Shown here: in pieces, positions 1 through 13,224 of the stretch
Position numbering within the stretch: the first letter of the stretch is position 1
Layout: every line of letters begins with the position of its first letter
DNA from: Octopus vulgaris
Taxonomy: Eukaryota
Assembly: GCA_951406725.2 (NCBI GenBank)
Contig: OX597817.1
Span: 126,542,001-126,606,000, forward strand
Reading direction: 5' to 3'
DNA length: 64,000 nucleotides
The notes under the pieces: model-generated
Seen by the model: only the letters and a program-made list of their open reading frames with translations
What the model was told of the DNA's origin: nothing
Databases searched by the model: none
Program-made: the position numbers and the translations under genes

Positions 1-365
1 AGCTGTTCCAGTGAGGCAATGTTCCTGTCAGCGAGTGTAACACCATTGGAGAGTATCCCGTTTCGGTATTGATTGTCGTGTGGCCACAATTGACAGCAGT
101 AGTCCAGTAAGCTAACAGCAGATGCTCTCCATAGAACCAGCATATCCTCCTGGTCCCTCGTTCTGAAATTCTCGGTATCCATCTCGCCATTCGCCCGTAC
201 ATTGCTACCATCTAGATATGCACGTGAAACGAGAATACTATATCAATTCCCAGGTCACGCATTGTACTTCACTCTGGGATTGCTACTCCTGTTCGGGTCT
301 TTGTTGCAACATGTTTGCAGAAACTAACTTATAGTGGAGGGGGTCAGAATTTTCCCGGAGTGAAT
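1..365 (-). mobile_element. CR1-like LINE, decayed RT C-terminal fragment
   Basis: Broken minus-strand translation gives ...RTRDQEDMLVLWRA...LLDYCCQLWP..., like the CR1-group 'LDYCSQLWSP' region. Runs off the window start. Confidence 0.65.
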
Positions 366-369
366 TGCA

Positions 370-1140
370 TGTTGTTTTCTTCAACCCATTTATATATGGT
401 TAGCGTTAGATAGGAACGTTCCCAAATCTTGCAAATATCAGAAATTCGTTAACAGACATAATGTATAATTAGCATGTCCGATATCACACAATTTAGAACA
501 CTACATAATGAAATGAATTACCATAACACTCAATAAGATAAAAACAGAGGGGCTTTGCGGAAAACCTGCACAACAATACATAATAAACAACAATGTTGAA
601 TATGAACGATAGAATATTCTGCATAACAAGAGCAGGTCCAAGTAGCGCCAACCATCGGCAGTGCAATCCATACCTAAAAAAAAGAACACTGTTGCAGGAG
701 GAAGAGAGAATGTAAGTACTAATAGTAACTCTGCTTGCAAAACCAGAAAAAATATAACAAAAACATGTAACTTCAGCCCTAAAAGTCAATGTAACTTTAA
801 TAACAATTGTATGGTAAAGAACGTGGTTTAGAAATATGAACTGAAGATGAGTACGAAAATATTGTTTACATTTATGGTACCAGAGACATCATGAATAATC
901 GTTTGCGCAACCAATTTACGTCATTTCCCAATGAAAACAAAAGGCACTGTGCATCATTATCTAACTTCATCTGGAGGCTTAAACGGAATGGTGTGGTTCA
1001 TTCAACTAACTGGTCCATAATTAAAACATTAGACCATGAAATAGAAAAACGCGAATGTGTAACTTATGCCTAGAAGACACTAGGGTTATTATAGTTGCTA
1101 TATTCATCCCACTCTCATTTGTGAGTGATGTCAACCAATG
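370..1140 (+). mobile_element. Penelope-like element remnant (linker + GIY-YIG endonuclease)
   Basis: Broken translation VVFFNP...KFVNRHNV...TCNF..KSQCNFNNNCMVKNVV...NNRLRNQFTSFPNENKRHCASLSNFIWRLK...WSIIK...CNLCLE matches the PLE C-terminal/EN pattern; stops and frameshifts present. Confidence 0.75.
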
Positions 1141-1484
1141 AAGTATACTAACCATCCCAACATCTTCACACACAAAGTTGAAAATGGAGCTACAGTACCC
1201 AAAGATTCTTCCCTCCCCTTTATCATTACCATTTCTTTCTGTCTTGTCTATCCATCACCTTCTATCCTTCCCTAACAAATACACAGAGAACTACCAGCAT
1301 ACCCCAAATAATTTAACGCAATGTCGCCTGATGAAATAGTACACGAACTACGATCCACTCGATGCCCATAGGTACTATAGATTGTACCATATATATCCCA
1401 AGAATACGCACTGTGATCGTAAGATTAGCGGCAACGAGCGTAGTAAATTCCATCCATGGATTCTATTATTACTAAGGAAGCAAA

Positions 1485-1635
1485 CTGGCAGAATCGTTAG
1501 CACGCCGGGCAAAATACTTTGCACCATATCGCCCGTCTTTACACTTTGGGTCCAAATTTCGCCGAGGTCGATTTCGCCTTTCATCCCTTCAAGGTCAACA
1601 CATTTAGTGTTAGTCAAGTACAGGGGTTATTATAG
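1485..1635 (+). mobile_element. tRNA-derived SINE, family A (Meta-domain-like)
   Basis: CTGGCAGAATCGTTAGCACGCCGGGC head and GCCTTTCATCCCTTC..GGTC central domain, shared with many other copies in the window. Confidence 0.75.
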
Positions 1636-1675
1636 TTGATATATTCAAAACTGTTATTGCAGGTTGATATTAGTA

Positions 1676-1676
1676 T

Positions 1677-1745
<69 letters not shown>

Positions 1746-2226
1746 TGTGTGTTTGCCTGAGTGTGTTTATACATATGTGTATATATATAAATATATATAT
1801 ATGTGTGTATGTGTGTGTGTGTGCGTGTGTGTGTCTGTGTGAGTGTTTCTGTGTGTGCGTGTGTAGTGACGTGTTTTGTACATAACATACTCGAAAGAAA
1901 TTCGTAATTTTTCGTAATGTTGAACTCAGTTTACTTGGGCTAAGCGTGTATATCTCGTCGGGGAAAGTCGTAGCTATATTTCATATCACAGACATTTGTG
2001 TAGCAACATTCAATGCTGTTCAATATCTTAGTATCGTAAAATAAGCAAAATGATAACCACTAGTTAGTATTACACGTGGTGAGCTATAATATCAATATCG
2101 ACATAAATTCTCTTATGGATGCAGTCATCCCATTCATAATAGACATATTTAAAAAAACATTTAGTGCACACACACACACACACACACATGCACACACACC
2201 CACACACACACACACACACATGCACG

Positions 2227-2291
<65 letters not shown>
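1676..2291. repeat. (TA)n/(TG)n/(CA)n microsatellite clusters (representative; dozens more across the window)
   Basis: Directly visible dinucleotide runs. Confidence 0.95.
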
Positions 2292-2296
<5 letters not shown>

Positions 2297-2499
2297 AATA
2301 TTTCTGAATCAGTTATTCGGAAAATACCATATGCATATGAAAAATATTATATTGGTGATCATAAATTATTTGTACTTTTAAATTTTATCTTGATCAGTTT
2401 TTTAGTAAACCCCTATGTTTTTTTCTCTCGTGGAATTTGTCTTGGTTTTAAAAACAAGTTATTTTAGTGACCTATAAACTTCAAACCACCTTCGGCAAA

Positions 2500-2900
2500 A
2501 CTTCTTCATCTATCCCAGTGAAAAAGAAGTTAAAGACAATAAAATCTACTGGATATTTAAGGACTTCATCGTCATGTATGCTATAATTAAAAATATTTTG
2601 CATCTATCGTCGCTAGTTTATTCCATGTTAAATCGACTGCCGAGCTCAATTTGCATGAAGGAGTAATGTCTAATTTTGACTAAGTGAATTAAAAGATTGA
2701 GAATCCGGTTACTGTTTGATTGGATAAATCATTAAAGCTAAAACTCCTTATCTAACCGATTAAGCAATAAAATCATCTAAACTGTTATAGCGATTTTGTT
2801 TGTCAGTGGGTGAAATATTCCATATTACATTTTAATTGAAAGTGGAAACAGTGTTATGATTCCGTCGATCAACACTTACAGAATTGTTTAATAATTCTTG
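2500..2900 (+). mobile_element. Possible very old Gypsy pol remnant (pre-RT/RT start)
   Basis: Weak resemblance only (LHEGV..., LDK..K) in broken frames. Confidence 0.2.
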
Positions 2901-3336
2901 TTTCTTTTAAATGCTTAGTACTAAGAATTTTTATATTTTAAGTTTGTGTATAATAGATAAATGAACCGATACTACAATAATCGTGTTATCAAATCTGTAT
3001 TGATACACGCTTCTCTTTGTAACAGGATTTTGTTTTGCTTGTGATCATCATGGAAACACATAAAAGCATACACGCATATAAACAGTGAAACATTTTATCG
3101 TATGAAACTTTAAGATTTTTAAGTATTAAGCAAGGGTAGAGATAAAGCGTAATCGCTTTTGCGGAAAGTTATGTCCCTCTCATATTTAAGTGATTTACAA
3201 TAGCGAGTTAGTATTGCATGTTCCTTAAGTTTGCCTAAATATACAGTTTACTTTTTAATATTTTGGCCATGCAGCCTACTTAATAAAGACGCACTTATGC
3301 AAATATGCAACACTCGTATGAAATGTTTATGATATA

Positions 3337-3400
<64 letters not shown>

Positions 3401-3807
3401 CTAATTTGTAATATTTATATATATACATCCATGTGTGAATGTTTGTATGTACAGATAGGGAAAGAATAGATAGAAAGATCGACATAATACGAAATACAGA
3501 TATAGATATGTAGCTATATACATGTGTGCTTGTTTGAATGTATTTGTGTTTACTAGTGCATAAGTTTGTACAAGTGTGTTTATCTTTGGATGAGTGTACA
3601 AATATATTTCTGTTTATATATGTCTTTCAACTTCCATTTGTTTGTGAGTGAAAATATTGTTGTGCATACATCATCATAATTATCACATGATATGTTGCCG
3701 TTTCCAAATAAACATTGTATCATATTCCAATTAATTTCCTTGGTGACAGATCCAATAATCCCATCTTGTCTATTTTGCCAAAAAAAATTGGTCAGTTGGC
3801 ACATAAA

Positions 3808-3880
3808 ACTAACTGCAGCCGTTTCATATAAACAAAATCTGTCTACTCATGTTTGTTTTCTGAAGACTTCATCAAAATAG
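3808..3880 (-). ncRNA. Decayed PLE-type hammerhead motif
   Basis: Minus strand: ctatt-TTGATGA...GAAACGGCTGCA-gttag, a variant of CTGATGA...GAAACAGCTGTA. Confidence 0.4.
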
Positions 3881-4584
3881 ACACTTGCTATAGTTGATTA
3901 TTGGAAAATGTGCTGTAAAATTATTGCTGTGATGAACTGTGGACGGTTTGTTTGCATTTTTCAGAGACATTTTCTTCTTGTAGCGATTGTTTTCTTATAA
4001 TTGAAAATAAAGTTGGAAACGTTTCTGCATTTTAATTTATTGTTTACAATGAAAGGGGAATCTGATCCTTAGTTTTAAGTATATAGAAGCATACAGGAAA
4101 ATATATGTATATTTATATGATTGTATGAATTTGTACATTATATTCACACCCACATATAAGTACTCTTAAACTATGGCGAATGAATAAATATTAATCAATG
4201 ATCCCCTATAACCCTATATGTTTCTAATTGATCTACAACACAAATTATCTTTTCATAGCGTTTATAGGTCATCAGAAAATTCTAGTACAGATGCAGTTGA
4301 AAAAATGCTCGAAACAAATAAAATATTCATTAAATCGACACCCTGCAAAAGATAGCACTACAGTGCATAATTCTACTCGAATAGACGTTTCAGATTCACA
4401 AGATAAGCAACATAGAGAGCCAATATTCAAATTCAAAATTCGAAATGACTAGGAATTATCATAAACAATTTGTTATATATAATCTCTAATATTAACTATT
4501 ACCTTTCAAAAATATTTCTAATTGTAATTTATCCTTTCATACCCACACAAATACACACATTGACAAGTATCGCTCAAATACTGC

Positions 4585-5010
4585 CGCTACGTTCTGAGTA
4601 CAAATTCCGCCGAGGTCGACTTTGCCTTTCATCCTTTCGTGGTCGATTAAATAAGTACCAGTTACGCACTGGGGTCGATATAATCCACCTGATCCGTTTG
4701 TCTGTCCTTGTTTGCCCGCTCTGTGTTTAGCCCCTTGTGGGTAGTAAAGAAATAGGTATTTCGTCTGTCTCTATGTTCTGCGTTAAAATTCTGCTGAGGT
4801 CGACTTTGCCTTTCATCCTTTCGGTGTGGATAGTAAAGAAATAGGTATTTCGTCTGTCTTTACGTTCTGAGTTCTAATCCCGCTGAGGTCGATTTTGCCT
4901 GTCATCCTTTCGCGGTCGATTAACTAAGTACTATTTACACACTGGGGTCGGTGTAATCGACTTAATCCCTTCCCCAAAATTTCAGACACCCTGCCTACAG
5001 TAGAAAGGTT
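4585..5010 (+). mobile_element. SINE family A, three tandem partial units
   Basis: GTTCTGAGT..AAATTC.GC.GAGGTCGACTTTGCCTTTCATCCTTTCG repeated three times (about 4590, 4775, 4865). Confidence 0.85.
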
Positions 5011-7059
5011 TATTTATAGCTTCTTGTATCATGTGCTCACCAGTTATAAATAAAAATGAACAAATTATGTCAGTCATTGCGGTTTCCGAATCTTTATAGG
5101 GACACCTTGTATGCATATATAGGTTGCTGAACAAGGATTTTTGCGGTCGTTATAGTTTAGGAAAGAGGGCATAAGATCTAATCAGTTTTGATGAATATTC
5201 ATGACACACGATGTTACTGGAACTGTATGCTACATATTGATGTAGTATAATCGCCCCAGATTTACTAACTTTCTCGAAGCGACCGGAGAAGTTGGAAACA
5301 ACGTTATTTTTTTTTATATGGCAAGCAGACGTAGCGATTCTTTCGACTGTGAAAATTTGTGCATATTACAGTGATTGTTTGTCTGGTGTCAAGGAATATA
5401 TTTAGGCATTTGCCTACATCATGATCTTTAATCTGCATTATTTTTCAGTATTTGTAAATTCCTGTTAATCCTTCCTAGTCGAATATTAATACTTGTGACT
5501 GATTGTAACAAATCATTTGCTATGTTTTGAGTATAGTGTTTGTTCATGGGTGTCTCTTTAAATTTCCATCGTTTTATTGGGGGAGAACTTTGATATAACA
5601 CAACTGTGTTTCTTCTTCAAGCAAAGTTTAATAATCATCATTGTTTTATTGTATTTCTGGTGTGATGAAATATCTCGTATATGTATATCTGTGAGAGTGT
5701 TTGTCTGTGTGTGTGTGTGTATAAGTGTGTATGTGTGGATGTTTGTGTGTGTGTTTTGAATGCTGCTTTTTACCAGAAACACAGACACGTTAGCCAAACT
5801 ATACACCCACACGCCTCCTCCCCTTACACCACACACCCACACACATGTGTGTACGTGTGTGTGTGTTTGTATGTATCACATTTGATTTTTCAATACTATA
5901 GTATCTGAATACGTAGTTTGGTTTGTAAGGTTTTGTTACTTCTGACACGTAGTATACAGAATATTTTCGTTTAGATAACAGAGTATACGTGATAAACCAC
6001 GGCACAAGTGTCTTTGTTTAAATATTTTCTTTTATACTTGTGCACCAATATAAAGGAAAACATCTTGACAATAGTAAATCAATAAGATGTTTGCATTCGT
6101 TGAATATATGCTGTCTTTAAATGTGTATATTCAGTCAAAGAGGTTGTCATTTTTTAATGTTTATAATTATTACTAACATTACGAAAAGAACATTTCAGTT
6201 TTTACCTTTTCAGTAATGTTAATAACAATAGTTTTTCGTTCCAGTCACTTTGAAATACTACTAATTATGGAATTGTGGACTGATAACTATATCGTTAATC
6301 GCAATTACATGGTTATCAAAGAAAATTAAACTGGATGGATGCATGAAAATTCCATTGTGGTCACGAAAGAGTTAAGGCGAATTTTTGCCAGAGTGTGTAC
6401 TACTAATTTATTCTCTATATAAACTGTCACTCAATTCATTTTTCAATTTTTCATTTCTTTGTAACACTCGAGGTATAAGAACTAGGAATAAAAGATGAAG
6501 AAAAAACATATATAGAATGACTTTGAAGCAGTAAAGGAAATTATACAAAATAAAATTCACTCTCATATTACTGACAAAGAGAAAAGGGAAGAATCACCTA
6601 CTCCATTTGATCAGAAATATCCGGTGACCCCATAGTAACCACGGTCACGTGTTCTTATTATTCTATGCTTTCTACTTTCTTCAACGTATTTATCCATATC
6701 ATTACATTGACCTTTAAAATGGAAAAGACCTCAAAATCTTTACATTAAACTACTGAATTTCTAGTGATATTTTCATTCCTTGAAGTGCATAATAAGACGA
6801 TGTTTTTATTTATGCTTTACATGTTTAATATATATTTGCCTCTGTGTTGTTGTCAACAAAAATACGTGTGCGTTTTTGTCTGTAGAAAGCAATTGTATGC
6901 TTAACTGCTCTTTTTAATCTATGATGAAAAATATTGTTTGAAATGCTGGTAAATATTTCCGATAAATGTATCAACGGAAGTTAATAGTTGCTATGAACTT
7001 TAAAATCTCTCTAATAATGGCAACAACCTCTCTAATGTTCAGCTACATTTCTACCGACT

Positions 7060-7210
7060 TGACGTCTTGTTTTCAAATCCTACCGGCGTCTATTTTGTCA
7101 TTCATCATTTTTTGCTTAATAAAATAATTATCAGTTTAACACTGGTGTCTTGTAATCATCGTACCCCTCTCTCCGAAACTAATACCTTATGCCAAAATTT
7201 GATATCAATA
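7060..7210 (+). mobile_element. SINE family A, highly decayed
   Basis: ttcaaatcctaccggcgtctattttgtcattcatc...actggtgtc resembles the family A body. Confidence 0.45.
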
Positions 7211-8169
7211 TAATAAGGTGACTGTTTTAAGAAGTCTAATCCACATACTTAAATTTATAATCGACTTACCATAATGGTATCAAAATTATGGTTTGGTAGA
7301 CTTACAAATTTGAAAAAGTATTTTGATTAAGCGCTTGTGGTGCTACTAAACTGTTATCATAACAAACTTTATTACTATACATTTGATCTTCGCATCGACG
7401 GGTCAATGAACAGTAAATCACGAAAGGAAATTACGGTGATTATCTTGAGTAGACGCTTTAATACTAATATTACTTTACAGAATATTATGTCTTTATAGTG
7501 TTGTGCCAATGAAGAATTCTATTGCAACGTTGTTATAATTAATTTTAGATTGTGTAATATATATTGGTGCGACCCGCGCTATTTAATTATTAATACCTGG
7601 AGAATGATTACTTAAATGAATATCACAACAAAATATCTTAAACAAGACTATACCTCTATCATACTAAAAGTCATTATAAACATTATATTAACCTCAACTC
7701 TTTGAGTTCGTTTTCTGACATAAAATATTTTTTAGACGTCAGTTACAAAGAATGACAGCAAATATTCCATAATATTTCATGTAAAAATTGAATTCGTTAC
7801 ACATTTTCTGCCTGCATATGTTGTAACTGCAAGAGTATGGAAAAATAAGGATTTTGCTGTCGATCTCAGAAAATACTTTCAATCGAATTTTAAAGATTTA
7901 TAACTATTCAGTAACCGTTGCTTTATGATTTTCATTCACATAAATAATTGCTTATATATTTCATTATTTGTAGGTCAATGAGTTGATGTTAGTAAGATAC
8001 TAATTATTTAAAACTGTTAACGTTATTTATAATAAACTTTCTTTCTATAATACCATCCCAATTTTATAGTTCAATCTGTATGTAAAACCACTAAATGCTG
8101 AAGGTGCCGTTTAATGGAAGATGGTATGGAGTATAAAACAGAATAATAATGATGACAATATTATTTTAT

Positions 8170-8337
8170 TCTTTTATTTTTCAGTAATATAACTGCGGCC
8201 ATGCTGGAGCACCTATTCTTATTCTATCCGTCTCTTTTTCCGAAACGCTAGGTTACGTGGACGTAAACACAGCAACATCAATTGTCAAGTCATGGTGGGG
8301 GTACGAATACAGACACACAAACATTTTCAAACACATA

Positions 8338-8397
<60 letters not shown>

Positions 8398-8800
8398 CAC
8401 GACCGGCTTCTTTTACTGTTTCAGTCACTAGACTGCGGCTATGCTAGGGTATTGCTTGAATACCTTTTGTATTTGAATAAATCGACCCCAGAATTTATGC
8501 TATCGGTCTCTCTCGCTCAACCACGATGTTATGGAGACATAAACACACCAACACCTGTTGTCAAGTGATGGTGAGGAAGACCGCAGACAAAACACACACA
8601 TACAAACATGTATATATATATATATATATACACCCACAATATATTCGACGGGCTATTTTAAGTTTCGACCGCTAAATCAACTTACAAGAGCTTGGTTGAT
8701 CAGAGGTTATAGTATAGTAGAAAGCACTTGACCAAGATATCGGGCAGGTGGACTGAACCCGGAACTAAGTGGTTGTGAAGGAAACTTCTTACCACATGGC
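8170..8800 (-). mobile_element. tRNA-derived SINE family B (CORE-like), two adjacent decayed copies
   Basis: Reverse complements of the family B tail (GCGGCCATGCTGGAGCACC, GACGTAAACAC) and head (GGACTGAACCCGGAAC...CTTACCAC). Confidence 0.75.
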
Positions 8801-8899
8801 TTCACAATATGAAGGTTTTTAAGAAATCGACTTTAAGTTAATGTATGACATCATAATTGTTCCTACCCTGAATACCCGAATGTAGTTCTCTTAGGAATT

Positions 8900-9220
8900 T
8901 TTCGGTACCTATCTTTATATTTCACTTCGAGGAGAGAAGACACGTTCCACAGTCTCTAGTGAGATTCATGCAGCGGGTATTTTTTTTGAATAAATGTAGA
9001 ATAAAGTTATCATGAAAAGAGTTTCGGGAGATTAGCAACATAGGAATTGTAGTAACTGCATACACAGACAGCATAGAAGTATCCAGGCAACAACGGTGGA
9101 CCATATGTGTAAGGATAGGTTGTAAACTTAACAAAATTGTCAAAAACACGATAAACACTTTTAGGAAAAGTGTCTGGCAGTTTGTAAATCCAATTCCGGT
9201 TGTTTTTCAACAAATATCAT
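8900..9220 (-). mobile_element. Chapaev-like transposase N-terminal remnant
   Basis: LKNNRN..., HRCC, IPML..RNSFHD and KYP echo the CxNxP..C / PHxCC / PMxWREPxxHxxDCYFC / YP pattern of the family found at 9550-10200. Confidence 0.4.
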
Positions 9221-9549
9221 TATGTAACAGACATGTAGTTACTGATTAGTAAGTGCTAATCGCTAATTGCTTGTTTTGGAAAATTTTCAGAAAATGGTTA
9301 TCATTTCTTTCTAAATTAGTTTATGTAACCTTGGTAATGACACTTTGAAATTCATGTATTTTTATGGAACGGCGGCTAAATTTACATATTTGCATTCACA
9401 CAAAATTTTAAAAAGCAGCATATAAATCACAGTTAACGCATATTTATACTAAGGTTAAGGAACAGCAATAGTAAAAAATAGTGTTTTAGGAGTGCGTTAT
9501 AAATATTTATTTGTGCAGAATAAATCTGTTTCTAAATATATTCTATAAT

Positions 9550-10200
9550 CGTTATTTTGTCAGCGAGTCCTTGAAAGAAGCATGGAAAGTTGAGTACATC
9601 TTAAAGTAAACATTCAATTTATACTATAAATACACTGCTAGGAATCTTCTTGAATTTATGAAGACGAATGTGAGAGATATGAATTTCATGGACTTACCGA
9701 ATATCAAATTCAGGAACTTCATCCTAAAGCCATTTTTCTGCCTATCGATAGGAATCACGCACTCAAATCCTCGATTTCTGCGTTCTGATTTGCGAGGAAG
9801 ACCAGTATCACATCAACAAAGTTGACGAAAGTTTCTTCCTCAGTCCAACTGAGTTGAGTTATTTGTGCAATTCTGTGCACTCCAATATCTTTTTATGTTA
9901 AATCTGACAGACAAGCCTACTCGCACCTTTCCCTCCCTCAACTATAAGAATCCTTGGTGACATAAATTCTGCAATCACCTCATGAAAACCCATGAAAATT
10001 GTTATATAAAATATGTTATGTGTAATGATGGGGACAACAATTTTCTGGGCTCCATCAATGGGCTGCACTTGACTTCTTCGTTTTCACAAAGAAGTTCTCC
10101 CTTGTGGCCATTATGGATATCAAAGTGCTTCTCTCGTTCTCTGTATTCCGAATATCAAAAATAGTGGGATGATTTAGTGAAGCAAAAATAAGGAACACAA
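9550..10200 (-). mobile_element. Chapaev-like (CMC) DNA transposase, decayed catalytic C-terminal half
   Basis: Minus: FTK....YREREKHF...CSPLMEPRKLLSPSLHI...RM...ECLL*DVLNFPCFFQG parallels 'GFTK.PCF...DSRAR..H...PLVDP.KILLPPLHIKLG...ERFHQDI...E.RYQG'. Superfamily assignment is from memory of the family. Confidence 0.65.
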
Positions 10201-11269
10201 CCATTTATTTAAAATGACTGATAAAATCCCAGAAAAACAAAAACACACTAGATATGATAAGGTAACTAGAAATGACTTCTATATTGTTTTTCCAGATGCA
10301 CTAAATGAGATATAGTAGGAGACGGAGACTGTCTATAAAGTATTGCACATTACGATTGTGGGTTTCTTAAAAAAAGCTATCAACAGAGATGCACAACACG
10401 TTTGAGTTACTGGCGATTATGATTGTTTAAGTTATTGATCAATTTTTGCAGAAACAGAGACCGTTTCGATGGGTGAAGATAATTGAAAGCGTTATTGTGC
10501 ACATTCATTTAATCAGTTACACAGGTTGATACACACGACGGGAAAACGTTGGTGTGAGCTTCAAGATATCAAGAGACATCAGCGTAAGTTTTTGTTTCGT
10601 GGGGTTTTTTTTGTAGTTGACATTAGGGTGCTTCCTTCAATATATTGTGAAATGCCAATGCACGTAAAACAATTTCTCTATACCAATAAATCTAATGTAA
10701 CTAGCGAAAAGTATAAGTATTGAAATACAAATTTCCTTTAGAATTTAACAGGGAATAATATAAAGAATCATTATGCAAAGAATATTAGTAGTCAGCATAG
10801 AGGAAATATATTTCCTGAAGCTCATAAAAGAGTGTATTTCGGAACATTTTAAATTCTATTCCCAATCGTTAATTCGTTTACATTAAAAAATTTCATCCGT
10901 ATTTCTAAAATATTTTCTCATATATTCTAAAGATATACATTAGTCTGTTTTCCTTATCTTCTGCTTATGAAAGTGCATGTGCGTTTCTGTGTATGTCTGT
11001 GTGCACGCGCATTTGTGCAAGTGTATATGTGTGTATGTGTGCATAAATATGCATATATTCTCACACAGGCAAATACACACATGTGTATGTATATATTCAT
11101 ATAGTTATACATATATGTATATAAATGTATATATTACGTTCTTTCACATGAAAAGTCGCATTTTTAATTACCTGTTATTTCAGTCATTTTAAAACTGAAT
11201 TACGTATACCTTGCATATAATCTTGAATCTTTTTTCTTTCCCAACAATATTGGTATGCAAAATTCGTAC

Positions 11270-12260
11270 CCCACAGACATTATGAAAATGATAACAATCA
11301 AACTATGTTGAATGATTTTCTCGTATGAGCAAAGACTGGGTCACACCGCTGCAGAAGCTCTACGGAATATCAAGAGGGCCTTTGGTAATGGCTTAGTTGA
11401 CATCATAACTGTTCAGAGATGGTTCCAAAGCTGTTGTTCAGGAAATGGCAGCCTTGCAAATAAACCAAGCGGTAGGTCAAAATCAGTTATTTAGCATGAT
11501 GGATGAAATGCTTGGGTTGAACAAAATCCGAGAACAATGGTTCGAAAACTTTCGTCAGAACTCCAAAAATGTCACACAATTTTTTTGGGGACACCTGCAA
11601 AAAATTTGAAAAGTCAACAAAGCGGATAGGTTTATTCCACATCAACTGAACTAGATTAAAATTAAACAGACGCCTCGAAGTTTATTCCTTATTGCTTTCT
11701 CTACTGAAACATCATTTTTGCACCAAATTATTACTTGTGATGAGAAATGGCTACTGCTTAACAGCAGGAAACTGGATAGCGATTAGATACAGGAGAGTTA
11801 CCCACCATTGCACCCTAGAAAGTTAGTGGTCACTGTATGGTTGTCTGCGAAGTGAGTTATTCATTATTGATTGTTTTCAACAAGGACAAACGGTAACAGC
11901 AACATCGTATTGCCAGGAAATTGATTTTGTGAATGAGAATTTGAAAAAGAATCATTCCAGACTAATGAATAGATATGGCGCAATTTTGCCCACAACAGTG
12001 CACGTTCTCACACTCCTAAAGCTACGGTCCGAAAGCTGCAAATCCTGAATTACAAGATTTTGCAACATCCTCCATATTCCCCTGATATCTATCCTACTGA
12101 TCATCACCTATTTAAGCATTTTGAGATTTTCATAAGCAATAAAACATTCTTAAATAGAGAAGAGCTTACTGAAGCATTCGGCCAGTTTATCACAGCAAAA
12201 GATGAATATATGACATAGAGAAAAGTTGGATAAACTTCATAAATGAACATGGATCATAAT
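11270..12260 (+). mobile_element. Mariner transposase pseudogene
   Basis: HTH (GHTAAEALRNIKRAFG..TVQRWF), IITCDEKW, HNSARSH and HPPYSPDIYPTDHHLFKH motifs; many stops. Confidence 0.9.
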
Positions 12261-12329
12261 TTGATTAAACAAAACAGTTCTGTAACACTTCTGAAGTATT
12301 TTATTGTTACCTTTAAATACCACATTTCA

Positions 12330-12454
<125 letters not shown>

Positions 12455-12882
12455 CAACCATTAAATATGAGTTCCCTTCAACTAGACTCCACACAGTCAC
12501 GTCAAACGTTGATCCGTAATATCACTGAGCATCCCCTTGGCAAACGTACATTCGCAGGAATGTTCCACATCTACAAGGCTGAATTTAAGTATCCATATAT
12601 GATACTGAACTGCATTCAGGACAGATGCATTTTTATTAATACCGGTTCTGCTCTGTCTGCTTGTCACTTGAAAAACCTGGAGTTCACCTACTGCAGAGAT
12701 GGCATGTGATATTTGAAGTCAAGAATGGTGAGGAAATGTTTTGAGAAACCTCTGTCTGATTCACTAATCCATTGCTCTTCTAGCTGATTAAATTTCAAAT
12801 ATTTTGCAGATTCAACATAAGTTCATTTCACGATCTTGCTTGGTATATGTGAGTGTGTGAGCATGTTGTATGTGTCTGTATG

Positions 12883-12923
<41 letters not shown>

Positions 12924-12925
<2 letters not shown>

Positions 12926-13124
12926 CGGAGATGTACTCGCATAGCAAGTAATTTGATCTGAGATCGTGTGCTGAAACGAAAACAATTGCAGCGTGGGAGG
13001 TGTTTATAAGCCATTTAAGAAACACACAAAAGCCGTTCGATTCACTCCAACATTTAAGTTTAATTTGTCAAAATATTTTCGTCGCTAAAATCCGCGACCT
13101 GTTCACTGACAAAGTCCGTGCTGC

Positions 13125-13126
<2 letters not shown>
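12924..13126 (-). mobile_element. Short hammerhead-bearing repeat (pLTR/retrozyme-like) between TA microsatellites
   Basis: About 200 bp non-coding unit flanked by (TA)n and containing the HHR at 13064-13113. Confidence 0.55.
13064..13113 (-). ncRNA. Minimal type I hammerhead ribozyme motif with G3:C8 core swap
   Basis: Minus: TTTGTCA-GTGAACA-G-GTCGC-ggatttta-GCGAC-GAAA-ATAT-T-T-TGACAAA; perfect 7-bp stem I, 5-bp stem II, palindromic AATATT in place of stem III. Confidence 0.7.
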
Positions 13127-13161
<35 letters not shown>

Positions 13162-13179
13162 CACACGCATACAGACACC

Positions 13180-13224
<45 letters not shown>

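Noticed and set aside
9650-9900. Plus-strand YEFHGLTEYQIQE resembling a NACHT/NLR segment
   Set aside because: The opposite strand matches the Chapaev-like transposase over a much longer span.
10525-10583. AG...GTAAGT-bounded micro-exon on the plus strand
   Set aside because: No partner exons or recognisable peptide; lies in probable transposon debris.
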